64,000 nt of DNA from Candidatus Cloacimonadales bacterium (lineage in GTDB: Bacteria; Cloacimonadota; Cloacimonadia; Cloacimonadales; JAFGVF01): the NCBI GenBank assembly GCA_963677495.2, contig CAXXOU010000004.1, forward strand, positions 96,001 to 160,000. The letters are read 5' to 3'. Position numbers and translations under genes: made by a program. Below, piece after piece: positions 13,101-20,969 of this stretch. Within the stretch, counting starts at the first letter, position 1; the number at the start of each line of letters is the position of its first letter. Under the pieces are notes generated by a model that worked only from the letters and a program-made list of their open reading frames with translations, ran no database searches and was not told the DNA's origin.

Positions 13101-13769
13101 CTCATCTGACAGCTTGCTGAGATTCTGATTAAGCTGTTCTGTTATACCATTTATATGATAGTTAACTATCTCTTCGAAACTTGCATCGCTATATTGTAAT
13201 TTTCCTGTGAGCATTTCAAGAAGAATAAGGCCTAGTGAGTAGATATCACTCTTCCTGTCAGGTTTAGCACTCCTATTACACTGTTCTGGAGAACTGTAAA
13301 TTACTGAACCGCTAAACTGTTGGCTTGCACTATTCTCGCTGGCAAGAGCTTCCGAAAGATCAAAATCAATGAGCTTGATTCCGCTATCAGTAATCATAAT
13401 GTTTTCAGGCTTCAAGTCTAGATGTAACAAGTTGTTTTTATGAAGAATTGCAACTGCACCGGCTATCGTTTTAAAAGTTTTAATCACCTGGTCAATTTCA
13501 AGAGTGGATCTAGATAGGGGAGAGCCATCAATAAATTCCATTAAGATATGCAATTCATCTCCAACTATTTCATACTCGTATATTCTGCAAATAGCGTCAT
13601 GCCTAAGCTTCAAGAATGGTTTCAGTGATTTAGTAATCTTTGTAAAAGAAGGTTTTAAGTCAGGTTTAATAACCTTAAGAACTCTTATTTCTTTTTTCTC
13701 ATCTACAACTTTATATACTTTTGAGACAGCAGTCTCATGTATCAATGTTTGATTGTTCCATTTTTTCAT
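10116..13769 (-). CDS. Ser/Thr protein kinase - TPR - GAF - sigma54-dependent enhancer-binding protein (Fis HTH) fusion
   Basis: N-terminal VLK, HLDLKPEN, DFD, YSSPEQ and DIYSLG. Central TPR-like repeats, then a GAF-like segment. GESGTGKE, ELFGYTKGAFTGA, LFLDEIG, DLYFRLNV and a C-terminal HTH. Confidence 0.92.
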   Translation of the reverse strand: MKKWNNQTLIHETAVSKVYKVVDEKKEIRVLKVIKPDLKPSFTKITKSLKPFLKLRHDAICRIYEYEIVGDELHILMEFIDGSPLSRSTLEIDQVIKTFKTIAGAVAILHKNNLLHLDLKPENIMITDSGIKLIDFDLSEALASENSASQQFSGSVIYSSPEQCNRSAKPDRKSDIYSLGLILLEMLTGKLQYSDASFEEIVNYHINGITEQLNQNLSKLSDEVKDVVQKAISLDPTQRFLQVDDMITALEDNELETDNKDEDEIESILEDYLAMHKTGNTEEALTNLEELFPTTDDPFTVLNTIIAIREDNPDELLLKEYSRLGNLYLRTTVMKLALEPFTKAVKLAEELNIPEYILAANDDLAWFYLRVHEIKKSREISIRMIAFADQQKLVKDKIRATGMLANSYLEAGEYEDGKEILLNQIKLYDEIGDKQGLASTHSNIGLCERSTGHLKSAEEHYLKALEIGEELESNRIIAICYSSLGVTYNLMGDYDRSIEYLEKKIEMEKEANNLRGLSIGYSSLANSYNQKGSYEKALQYYKLQYDIDSKQNNIVQLIACYFNQATVYFKLHQFSMAESFLNKAIDEAEANQMPGKKLFYMTLRASIYERQGRYDEAIQLSKYLLDEAEKSDLTDVTYEATLTYARTAFNMKEDFEVRNTAIFNLMKELETTEHDSFKLEYCRCIFQLTGSELHRQRAISLLKQFNNDTPSLLWENGIRELEDSYESKQVDTELLIHSMVKLMSPETANDELLRYLTMSTDADNCRIVTFNRDEKLIENSIVSKNLDREDLDFSTGIIKEAAEKMRPILIRNAVNTDKFKTNESILGKSFLSVITVPLLLSTSIVGALYLDRRNISKGVFTDADESKAERIGSILLPILRSFLSKQTDTSELLIQEKTGFVGNSEVMRTLYKKLSTTALAEAPVLITGESGTGKEVTARAIHNLSQRVKGPFISINCAAIPEHLAESELFGYTKGAFTGAMSNRKGMFELAKGGSLFLDEIGELPLQLQAKLLRAIENNEITPLGSEKTVKTDVRIISATNRDLQQEVTTNKFRNDLYFRLNVFNLTVPALREHKEDIPLLAESFLKSFAKKYGRENNGFSQGAMEFLTKQDYKLNNVRELRNMIEKGVVNGAIDFPITVSNLIGEETNSELLKLNQETLELSGIDSLDDAISQFEVKIIEQTLKETNWNKSKTASRLKTSRPRIDRIIKRHGLKKG

Positions 13770-13914
13770 AATAACCTCTTCTTCAGATTATTAACTATTT
13801 ATTAGTGTCAATCTTTCTTTTGCAGTTGTTTGAGAGTAAGAAACAAATATCTTGCCAACTATTTAGCAGAAGTTAGTATATGCACGGAGACTTGGAGAGG
13901 TAAAAAAAAGGAGT

Positions 13915-14619
13915 ATGAAAATGAATCCATTATCAAAACGCCTTGGTGCGGAGTTTGTTGGAACTTTTTGGCTTGTATTCGGTGGTTGCGGAAGTGCAGT
14001 ATTAGCTGCTGCTTTTCCAAATCTTGGAATTGGCTTTGTAGGAGTTTCTTTAGCATTCGGTTTAACAGTTTTAACTATGGCTTATGCAATAGGTCATATC
14101 TCAGGTTGTCATCTTAATCCTGCTGTATCCTTTGGATTATGGGCAGGTGGTCGTTTCCCTGCAAAAGAGCTTGCACCTTATATAATCACACAAGTAGTTG
14201 GTGCAATTGCAGCAGGTGGAGTTCTATATCTTATTGCATCAGGAACAGCTGATTTTAAACTAGGTGGTTTTGCTTCAAATGGCTTTGGAGAGCTATCTCC
14301 GGGTGGATATAGCATGGTTGCCGCACTCGTAGCTGAAGTAGTGCTTACTGCTTTCTTCCTGATAATTATCATGGGTGCAACCTCAAAGCGTGCCCCTGCA
14401 GGCTTTGCCCCTATCGCAATCGGTTTAGGCTTAACCCTTATCCATCTTATCAGTATACCTGTAACAAACACATCAGTTAATCCTGCTAGAAGTACAGGTG
14501 TAGCTCTATTTGCCGGTGGACAATGGATTGGTCAATTGTGGTTATTCTGGGTTGCTCCAATTGTTGGTGGTATTCTCGGTGGTATTATCTACAAACTATT
14601 AGGTGATAAAGACGATTAA
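13915..14619 (+). CDS. aqpZ: Aquaporin Z
   Basis: [17 protein letters not shown] and two NPA motifs (HLNPAVS, SVNPARS). The start may be 13921. Confidence 0.96.
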   Translation: MKMNPLSKRLGAEFVGTFWLVFGGCGSAVLAAAFPNLGIGFVGVSLAFGLTVLTMAYAIGHISGCHLNPAVSFGLWAGGRFPAKELAPYIITQVVGAIAAGGVLYLIASGTADFKLGGFASNGFGELSPGGYSMVAALVAEVVLTAFFLIIIMGATSKRAPAGFAPIAIGLGLTLIHLISIPVTNTSVNPARSTGVALFAGGQWIGQLWLFWVAPIVGGILGGIIYKLLGDKDD

Positions 14620-14643
14620 TAAGATGCTATAAGTTGATTTTTC

Positions 14644-14665
14644 AAGGGCTCGCAAGAGCCCTTTT
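14644..14665 (+). terminator. Intrinsic terminator after aqpZ
   Basis: AAGGGCTC-GCAA-GAGCCCTTTT. Confidence 0.85.
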
Positions 14666-14708
14666 ATAATTACTAATTAGTAATTTCTCATCCCTTGATC
14701 AACAAGCT

Positions 14709-14808
14709 ATGGAGTGCACCAACTGCGTAGGTGCGTCTTGTCACACAACTATAATTTGCTATGTTCCGCTATTCCCTCAACTCCCATTCGGTCGCTATGG
14801 TGCCAGCT
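14709..14808. repeat. REP-like units shared with the 59.5-60.6 kb cluster
   Basis: TATGGAGTGCACCAACTGCGTAGGTGCGTCTTGTCAC has one mismatch to 59506-59541. AACTCCCATTCGGTCGCT is a reverse-strand member of the CGACCAACGGGAG family. Confidence 0.75.
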
Positions 14809-14812
14809 TAGT

Positions 14813-16321
14813 CTATTTCATCAAGATCATCTTCTTAGTCTTTGTATAAGTCCCTGCCTGTAGCTTATAGAAATATATCCCTGAAGCTACATTAATTCCA
14901 TTGTCATCATCACCATACCAGATAACGCTATGTTCACCGGATGGAATCTCTTCGTTAACTAGTGTTCTAATTCTTTGCCCTTTGATGTTGAATACTGCTA
15001 GCTTGATGCTTCCTCTTCTGGGGATACTATAGTTTATCGTTGTAGTTGGATTGAAAGGGTTAGGGTAGTTGGATATGCTATAGGATGTATAGCTTTGTAT
15101 ATCATGTGTTTCAATATTATGTGTCAAACCATATTCATACGCACCAATATCTGGTGATGAACCATAAAAGTCTTCATCATTAAAATTAACTAAAACATCG
15201 TTTTGATAGCTATATGTTGCTGTCCCTCTATCTATACAAGGAGATTGAAGTTGCAATGTAAAGTCATTCTCATCAATATCTTGAAACAAAGGGTCTAGAT
15301 CAATATTTTCTGTAGATATAATAGTTGAACTGTTCAGGTTCTCTATTGCTTCTGTTCCATACTGAAAGTTAGAATAAGCTATTACAACCAAGCAAGGATT
15401 GCTACTAGTATCAATATATACTGGAGAAGTACCACTATCTCTACAAATTGTATTTATCATAAATAGTGTTGCATCATTCTCTAGTGCGATCACACTTTCC
15501 AAATCCGAAGTATTACTATATATTGTTGAGTTCTTAACTATAAGTTTATTGCTATCTAAAGGTAGATAGTTATGAATAACAGAACCATGATCTATACTAC
15601 TGTTATTAGTGAAAAGTGAACGATCCACAGTAACACTAGAACCCATAATCCCAATACATCCTGCTGATCCATCAGAATGATTGTCCTCAAATATACAATC
15701 CTGTATATCAGTTTGATTGCTAATGATTGTTCGCACTGAAGCAGCATAATTTGCTTGATTCTCAAAGAATTTACATGATACAATTGATTGCATTGAACCA
15801 CTAACAATATTTATTGCCCCTCCCATATCTGAGGAGTTAGAATGAAATTCACAATCTTCTATTACGCTGTTTGAGTTGAAGCAAAAGATCGCACCTCCAC
15901 TAACTGTACTTGAATTATTCTCAAAACAGCAACTTCTAATTGTTGGAGATGCTCCGTAAATATAGCATCCCCCTCCTTCATCAACATCCCCACCATTAGC
16001 AATGGTAAAACCTTCAAGGACAGCTAACGGTGTTTCTTGGCTATTAAAAGTAATTATAGATTGGCTTAAGCCAACACCACTAAGAATTGTATTTTGAATA
16101 TCTAAAGAGTTTTGTGTATAAACAAAATTGGATACAAGTGATATAGATTTACCTTCATAATTTATTACTTCATTGTACGTCCCCGGATGTACAAGAACAG
16201 AGTCACCTTCAACTGCTACGTCTATACCCTCTTGGATTGTAGTATAGTCTGCCGGGATATTAATAACGGATGCAATAAGGGTAATAGGTAGTAAATATAG
16301 TAAAAATAATATCTGTTTCAT
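14813..16321 (-). CDS. Secreted right-handed beta-helix protein with FlgD-Ig/T9SS-type C-terminal domain
   Basis: Signal peptide, 'DYTTIQEGID', repeated F.N.S...GGAI units, SPCIDRG/PDIGAYEY and NYPNPFNP...TKKMILMK. Confidence 0.88.
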   Translation of the reverse strand: MKQILFLLYLLPITLIASVINIPADYTTIQEGIDVAVEGDSVLVHPGTYNEVINYEGKSISLVSNFVYTQNSLDIQNTILSGVGLSQSIITFNSQETPLAVLEGFTIANGGDVDEGGGCYIYGASPTIRSCCFENNSSTVSGGAIFCFNSNSVIEDCEFHSNSSDMGGAINIVSGSMQSIVSCKFFENQANYAASVRTIISNQTDIQDCIFEDNHSDGSAGCIGIMGSSVTVDRSLFTNNSSIDHGSVIHNYLPLDSNKLIVKNSTIYSNTSDLESVIALENDATLFMINTICRDSGTSPVYIDTSSNPCLVVIAYSNFQYGTEAIENLNSSTIISTENIDLDPLFQDIDENDFTLQLQSPCIDRGTATYSYQNDVLVNFNDEDFYGSSPDIGAYEYGLTHNIETHDIQSYTSYSISNYPNPFNPTTTINYSIPRRGSIKLAVFNIKGQRIRTLVNEEIPSGEHSVIWYGDDDNGINVASGIYFYKLQAGTYTKTKKMILMK

Positions 16322-16331
16322 AATGTCTCCT

Positions 16332-16447
16332 GTAAAGCGTCTCTCCGGGTCGTTGGTTTCTCAGCCGAGACAGCTGAGTTACGTAAAACGTCACTCCGGG
16401 GCGTTCATTCCCCTCTAAAGAGGGGTGGCGCGTAGCGACGGGGTGTT
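16332..16447. repeat. 74-bp REPIN-like element plus a CCCCTCT..AGAGGGG palindrome
   Basis: 16332-16405 is the inverted copy of 10038-10111. It is followed by TTCCCCTCTAAAGAGGGGTGGCGCGTAGCGACGGGG. A related CCCCTCTACAAGAGGGGAA lies near 60505. Confidence 0.8.
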
Positions 16448-16483
16448 TGGATATAGGGGCAGTATTACTACCCCTATTGCTCT

Positions 16484-18721
16484 TTATTTCATCAATATCA
16501 TCTTCTTAGTCTTTGTATAAGTCCCAGCCTGTAGCTTATAGAAATATATTCCTGAAGCTACTTTAACTCCATTATCATCATCACCACCCCAGATAACACT
16601 ATGTTCACCGGATGGCATCTCTCGATTTACTAATGTCTTAACTCTTTGCCCTTTCACATTGAATACTGCTAACTTGATGTTTCCTCTTCCGGGGATACTG
16701 TAGTTAATAGTTGTAGTTGGATTGAAAGGGTTAGGGTAGTTGTAGAATTTGTACTCAGAGCTATGTAAGTAATCATTGTCGATGTCAACAGGATTCCATT
16801 CATGGCAACCAATATCTATTTGACCTCCATATATTCGTGGAAAACCTGTTAGGTCAAACTCTGGAAGTTCAACATCTTCCGGCATAACTAGAGTTCCATT
16901 ATCAATTGCAGGGGATAGTGAAGACAGAAAGTAATATCCTTCACTAACATCCCATAAAGGGTTATCATTCATATTGTTTTCTTGCCAATCGACAAAACTC
17001 TGACCAATATGTGCGATATTCCCCTCTCCTCCCTGAATTATTGAGTTTCTTACGAACAATGATTCCTGATAAGTTTGATTATTCATCACTATTTGATATG
17101 GTGTATTCCCATATAATATTGAGTTAACAATGTTCAATTTAGAGACTGTAGCAACAGATATGGCAGCTCCCCAGAATGAATCAGCACTATTATTTGCTAT
17201 TGTTGAATTTATTAAATTACATCTTGCAGGTGTAGGGTAGTTTCCGGAAGATATTGTTAACCCGACACCACTAGTATTCCATTCAGAATATGTTTCTATA
17301 TTATTAACTACCTCAGTATTGATAATATTCATCAAACTACCGTTATATGTGTTTAAAACAATACTGGAATAACTGAAAACATCTGGTGAGGAGTATTCAA
17401 CATTATCATATATTCTAGTGTTTGATATTGAAGAATCGTCACAATAATGAAATTTTAATGCTCCCCATGAACTGCAATCATGAATTCTTAAATTGTTTAC
17501 ATCACCACTACTATATATCATGTAAACAGGTTCTCGAGAACCCATATAGTTAGATAAATCAACATTGTCGATCTCGAAATCTATCGCATGGTGGAGGTGG
17601 ATTCCTTGAGTGTCATAACCATTTATTAGTGATAAGTTTCTAATCCCAACATTTCGATCACGATAGGTCGATCGAAAGAAACCTGTAATAGATTCAGCAT
17701 CAAGTATCGTACCGGTATCTGATTCACCAATAATACTTACATTATCCTTTAATTGGATCGGAAAAATCTGTTGATTTAAGCTTTCAGAATAGACTCCATC
17801 TTCAACATGGACTGTTCGGTGTGTTAAACTATCTGAATCTACATTTAACATTGCATATGCTATCGTTTTTAGGGGAGAACTTGGTGATTCACCACTATTA
17901 TTGTCATTACCTGTTGTTGAAACATATAAGTCAGACGCAACTTCGTCAACCACATGATTCTGTATCATGAACTCGAACCTGCTTTCTAAAGGGAACATAG
18001 GTTCAGAGTATCCGTCTGTTGGAAAAGCATGGTAAATTGTTGGATTTGCTACAGTGAAAGTATCAACATACACTACCTGAGTGGGGCAATTAGGAGTACT
18101 AAACAAGTCGTTCCCTGTTCCAGCATAATTAAGATATACACAATTAATATTTGATGCTCCAAAGCTGACATTTGAATCACATAAATAGAAACCACCACCA
18201 AAAGTACTAGCAATATTCTTTTTTACGGTAGTATTTCCAAGACTCAAAAATGAGCTATCAAGTAAAATCCCACCACCATAATCTGCTCTATTATTCTTTA
18301 TTACACAATTAAAAACTCTAATACTTGAATCCTCAGCTCTAATTCCTCCACCTACAAAACATAAGAAATCAAAAGTACCTGAACCATTTCTAATTGTAAA
18401 CCCTTCGATTTGAATCCAGTTAGTATCGATTATGTTGATTACGCTTCCGGTTCTGTTCCCATCAAGTACTGTATTCGCAATATCCATAGGATCATGAGAC
18501 TCATGAAAATCACTGATAATTGTTATATCTTTCTCTGTAACAGTAAGATTCTCATAATACACTCCAGGATGCACTAAGATAGTATCGTAATTATTCGCAG
18601 AATCAATTGCATCTTGGATTGTAGTATAATCACCTGTCCCATCTTCAAAAATTTCGATTACTACACAAAACATCTTGTTAACAAATAGAATCATAATTAG
18701 AACAAAGCTGATTTTCATCAT
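16484..18721 (-). CDS. Secreted beta-helix protein (DUF1565-like segment) with FlgD-Ig/T9SS-type C-terminal domain
   Basis: Signal peptide, GDYTTIQDAID, GGGI repeats, LYVSTTGNDNNSG..SPLKTI, IDIGCHEW and NYPNPFNP...TKKMILMK. Confidence 0.88.
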   Translation of the reverse strand: MMKISFVLIMILFVNKMFCVVIEIFEDGTGDYTTIQDAIDSANNYDTILVHPGVYYENLTVTEKDITIISDFHESHDPMDIANTVLDGNRTGSVINIIDTNWIQIEGFTIRNGSGTFDFLCFVGGGIRAEDSSIRVFNCVIKNNRADYGGGILLDSSFLSLGNTTVKKNIASTFGGGFYLCDSNVSFGASNINCVYLNYAGTGNDLFSTPNCPTQVVYVDTFTVANPTIYHAFPTDGYSEPMFPLESRFEFMIQNHVVDEVASDLYVSTTGNDNNSGESPSSPLKTIAYAMLNVDSDSLTHRTVHVEDGVYSESLNQQIFPIQLKDNVSIIGESDTGTILDAESITGFFRSTYRDRNVGIRNLSLINGYDTQGIHLHHAIDFEIDNVDLSNYMGSREPVYMIYSSGDVNNLRIHDCSSWGALKFHYCDDSSISNTRIYDNVEYSSPDVFSYSSIVLNTYNGSLMNIINTEVVNNIETYSEWNTSGVGLTISSGNYPTPARCNLINSTIANNSADSFWGAAISVATVSKLNIVNSILYGNTPYQIVMNNQTYQESLFVRNSIIQGGEGNIAHIGQSFVDWQENNMNDNPLWDVSEGYYFLSSLSPAIDNGTLVMPEDVELPEFDLTGFPRIYGGQIDIGCHEWNPVDIDNDYLHSSEYKFYNYPNPFNPTTTINYSIPGRGNIKLAVFNVKGQRVKTLVNREMPSGEHSVIWGGDDDNGVKVASGIYFYKLQAGTYTKTKKMILMK

Positions 18722-18819
18722 AACTCCTTATAGATACCTGATGTGTTATTTGTAATATCTATATTTTGTTTGTCAAATGGTTTATATGGTTAGGTAACTC
18801 CAAACATAATTATACTCAT

Positions 18820-19030
18820 GATATAACATTCATACTAACATTCATACTACTACCAATCAACTTCTCCTCCTTACTTCATTGCCTTAAAAACCTAAAATCT
18901 CGCTAGTTCCTCCCTTTAGCCTCCCTAGACCCTCCCTATGAACCCCTAAAGTTATCCACATCGTGTGTATAACTTCTCCAAGTGTAAAACCACAGTTTTG
19001 TAGTAGAGCAATGATAGAGCAATTAATCGG
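18820..19030. repeat. 11/12-bp-phased tandem micro-repeat tract centred on an inverted DnaA-box-like pair
   Basis: AACATTCATACT x2 (18825, 18837). CCTCCCT at 18909, 18920, 18931. TTATCCACA-TCG-TGTGTATAA at 18952-18972. TAGAGCAAT at 19004 and 19015. Confidence 0.75.
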
Positions 19031-19179
19031 CATTTGTGCTCTCTAGAAGTTCAAGCATAGTCCATAAGATCTTTGAAAGGGATGATTTGTCACACTCTCT
19101 AGAGGATGGAAAGATGATATAAATTATAGTAGTTTAATTATTGTTGAACATAAAAGTTATAACTATTATGCGGTAGAAT

Positions 19180-19209
19180 AAAAAAGCCTATCGTTAACTG
19201 ATAGGCTTA
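19180..19209 (-). terminator. Intrinsic terminator
   Basis: AAGCCTATC/GATAGGCTT stem with an A run on the + strand (U tract on the - strand), after the 19231 stop. Confidence 0.8.
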
Positions 19210-19230
19210 TACTAAACTTTAAGTTGTTAG

Positions 19231-20688
19231 TTATCTTACAGCATCATAGATTGTCACAGCCGGATAGTAGATTCCTACTTTCGAAAGTAGCTGTTGAGAA
19301 AGGTTCTTGCCCGGGTTTATTGGAATGTCCAATAGTTCAGGTTTGTTGTACATAACAACTTCTCTCATCAATCTAGGGTTGAACGGAGTTCTGTGTCTTA
19401 GTGAAACAGAGTTACATGTGATAAAAAGGTCTCTACTATTATATGGAACCATAGTATCAACAACATGCTCGAATGTTCTTATGCTTTTAGCTTTAACAGT
19501 TGGATAATAGAGGTCACTATAGAGTTTATCGATATAATAGATACCTGTCTTCTTGCAGAGTTCAAGGTTTGTTTCCAGCCAGTTCTCTAACTCACGTTGA
19601 AGGTAGGAAGAGTTTGGGTATCCCATTAAATCAGATATTGCATTAATAGTGTTTACTCTTAAACCGCGACGATGACGTCCTCTGAGTTCTTCACCGGTGA
19701 TACCATTAATATCAATACCTCCTTTAATACCTGATCTCTTCATTGCTTCAAGTATTCTAATATCGTTCTTCACCGGAGAATCAATAACTCCCTTGATAGA
19801 TGTATAGAAATCTTTGTCCAGGAGCTCTGCATTACAGTTTACACTTTTATGAGAAAGCTCCATCACTTTGCATAGGGATGCACTAATTTCACTCTCATCA
19901 CTTGAATCAGGATATCTGAGTGTATAGCATTGCATATCGCTATTGCTTTCAACCGAACTCAGAAGTATTCTGCTATCCCAGCCGGAAGTTAAACCAAATG
20001 AAACATTGTTTCTTAATTGAGCAGCTCTAATATATCCCTTTAACATCTCTGAAATACGAGGAACAGCATCTGATAATCCAAGCTTTGTAAGAGGTTGATT
20101 AGGGAAGAACCTCATCTCGATTCGTTTGTGGACATCAAGGTAATGATTGGTAGACAATCTGTAGAGATGTTGCCAGCCCGTATTCATTCCCGGACAGCAA
20201 CCTTCAATTCTACCGGTTATAGATTGTCTTGCTTCCTTATAATATGGATTGTTGCATGGTTTTAAACCAAGATAATCTGCTGCAACCTGTGGATCAGACA
20301 CAACATTGAAGACACCATCAGTATAATTATAGAATACTGATTTCAATGCATGCATATCGTTGAATATGCGAATATCACTTCCTGATCTCCAGACTACAAT
20401 GTATACACCTGCAAGGGGATAGGTGTTAACGATGAAGTCATCAAATGAAGAAGCTGTGAAGCAATTCTCTAAAATCTCTTCATTTGAAAACGCAGGATTT
20501 CGGTAGTCGAACCAATCTCCCAATAATAAAATCTTAGTGTCACCCTTACCATATCGGGTAACGTGCAAATCACGTCCGGTAAGCACTCTTAATGCACCGA
20601 ATTGCTCCTCGCAAAAGCCATTCGGACAGGTCATATTACCGGAAGTGAGTAAGAAGTGTTTCTCGAAAACTGTGTTGGAATTTCTCAT
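19231..20688 (-). CDS. Hypothetical protein, asparagine-synthase-related (adenine nucleotide alpha-hydrolase-like)
   Basis: LTSGWDSR PP-loop-like motif and G..GEELR. The ATG at 20688 follows a GGAGG RBS. Similar proteins often accompany surface-polysaccharide genes (inference). Confidence 0.65.
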   Translation of the reverse strand: MRNSNTVFEKHFLLTSGNMTCPNGFCEEQFGALRVLTGRDLHVTRYGKGDTKILLLGDWFDYRNPAFSNEEILENCFTASSFDDFIVNTYPLAGVYIVVWRSGSDIRIFNDMHALKSVFYNYTDGVFNVVSDPQVAADYLGLKPCNNPYYKEARQSITGRIEGCCPGMNTGWQHLYRLSTNHYLDVHKRIEMRFFPNQPLTKLGLSDAVPRISEMLKGYIRAAQLRNNVSFGLTSGWDSRILLSSVESNSDMQCYTLRYPDSSDESEISASLCKVMELSHKSVNCNAELLDKDFYTSIKGVIDSPVKNDIRILEAMKRSGIKGGIDINGITGEELRGRHRRGLRVNTINAISDLMGYPNSSYLQRELENWLETNLELCKKTGIYYIDKLYSDLYYPTVKAKSIRTFEHVVDTMVPYNSRDLFITCNSVSLRHRTPFNPRLMREVVMYNKPELLDIPINPGKNLSQQLLSKVGIYYPAVTIYDAVR

Positions 20689-20969
20689 AATTCCTCCCAA
20701 TTCTTTCCTTTATTCTACAACTAACTACATCACTATCTCCACTTCCATAGATAATATAGTGCAAATTGCGTTCCTAACTAAGTTAAACTTATCGAATCAA
20801 AAAGATTGAATCAGTGAAACAGTGTAAACATGTGGAATGAAGAATTATGAAGTTATTGTAAACTATCGGTTTAGGCGAAATTATAGATTGACAAAATTAA
20901 CAAACAGGAAAACTTACATTGTTGATTTAAGTTACAAATTACTAATGAATTATAAAGACAGGAGGAAAC

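Noticed and set aside
13770..13914. Sigma54 -24/-12 promoter for aqpZ driven by the divergent bEBP
   Set aside because: The closest match (ATGCACGGAGACTTGG) lacks the invariant GG and GC dinucleotides at the correct spacing.
14813..16745. Diversity-generating retroelement TR/VR pair
   Set aside because: Differences between the two CTD copies involve all base types rather than adenines only, both copies are coding, and no reverse transcriptase is in the window.
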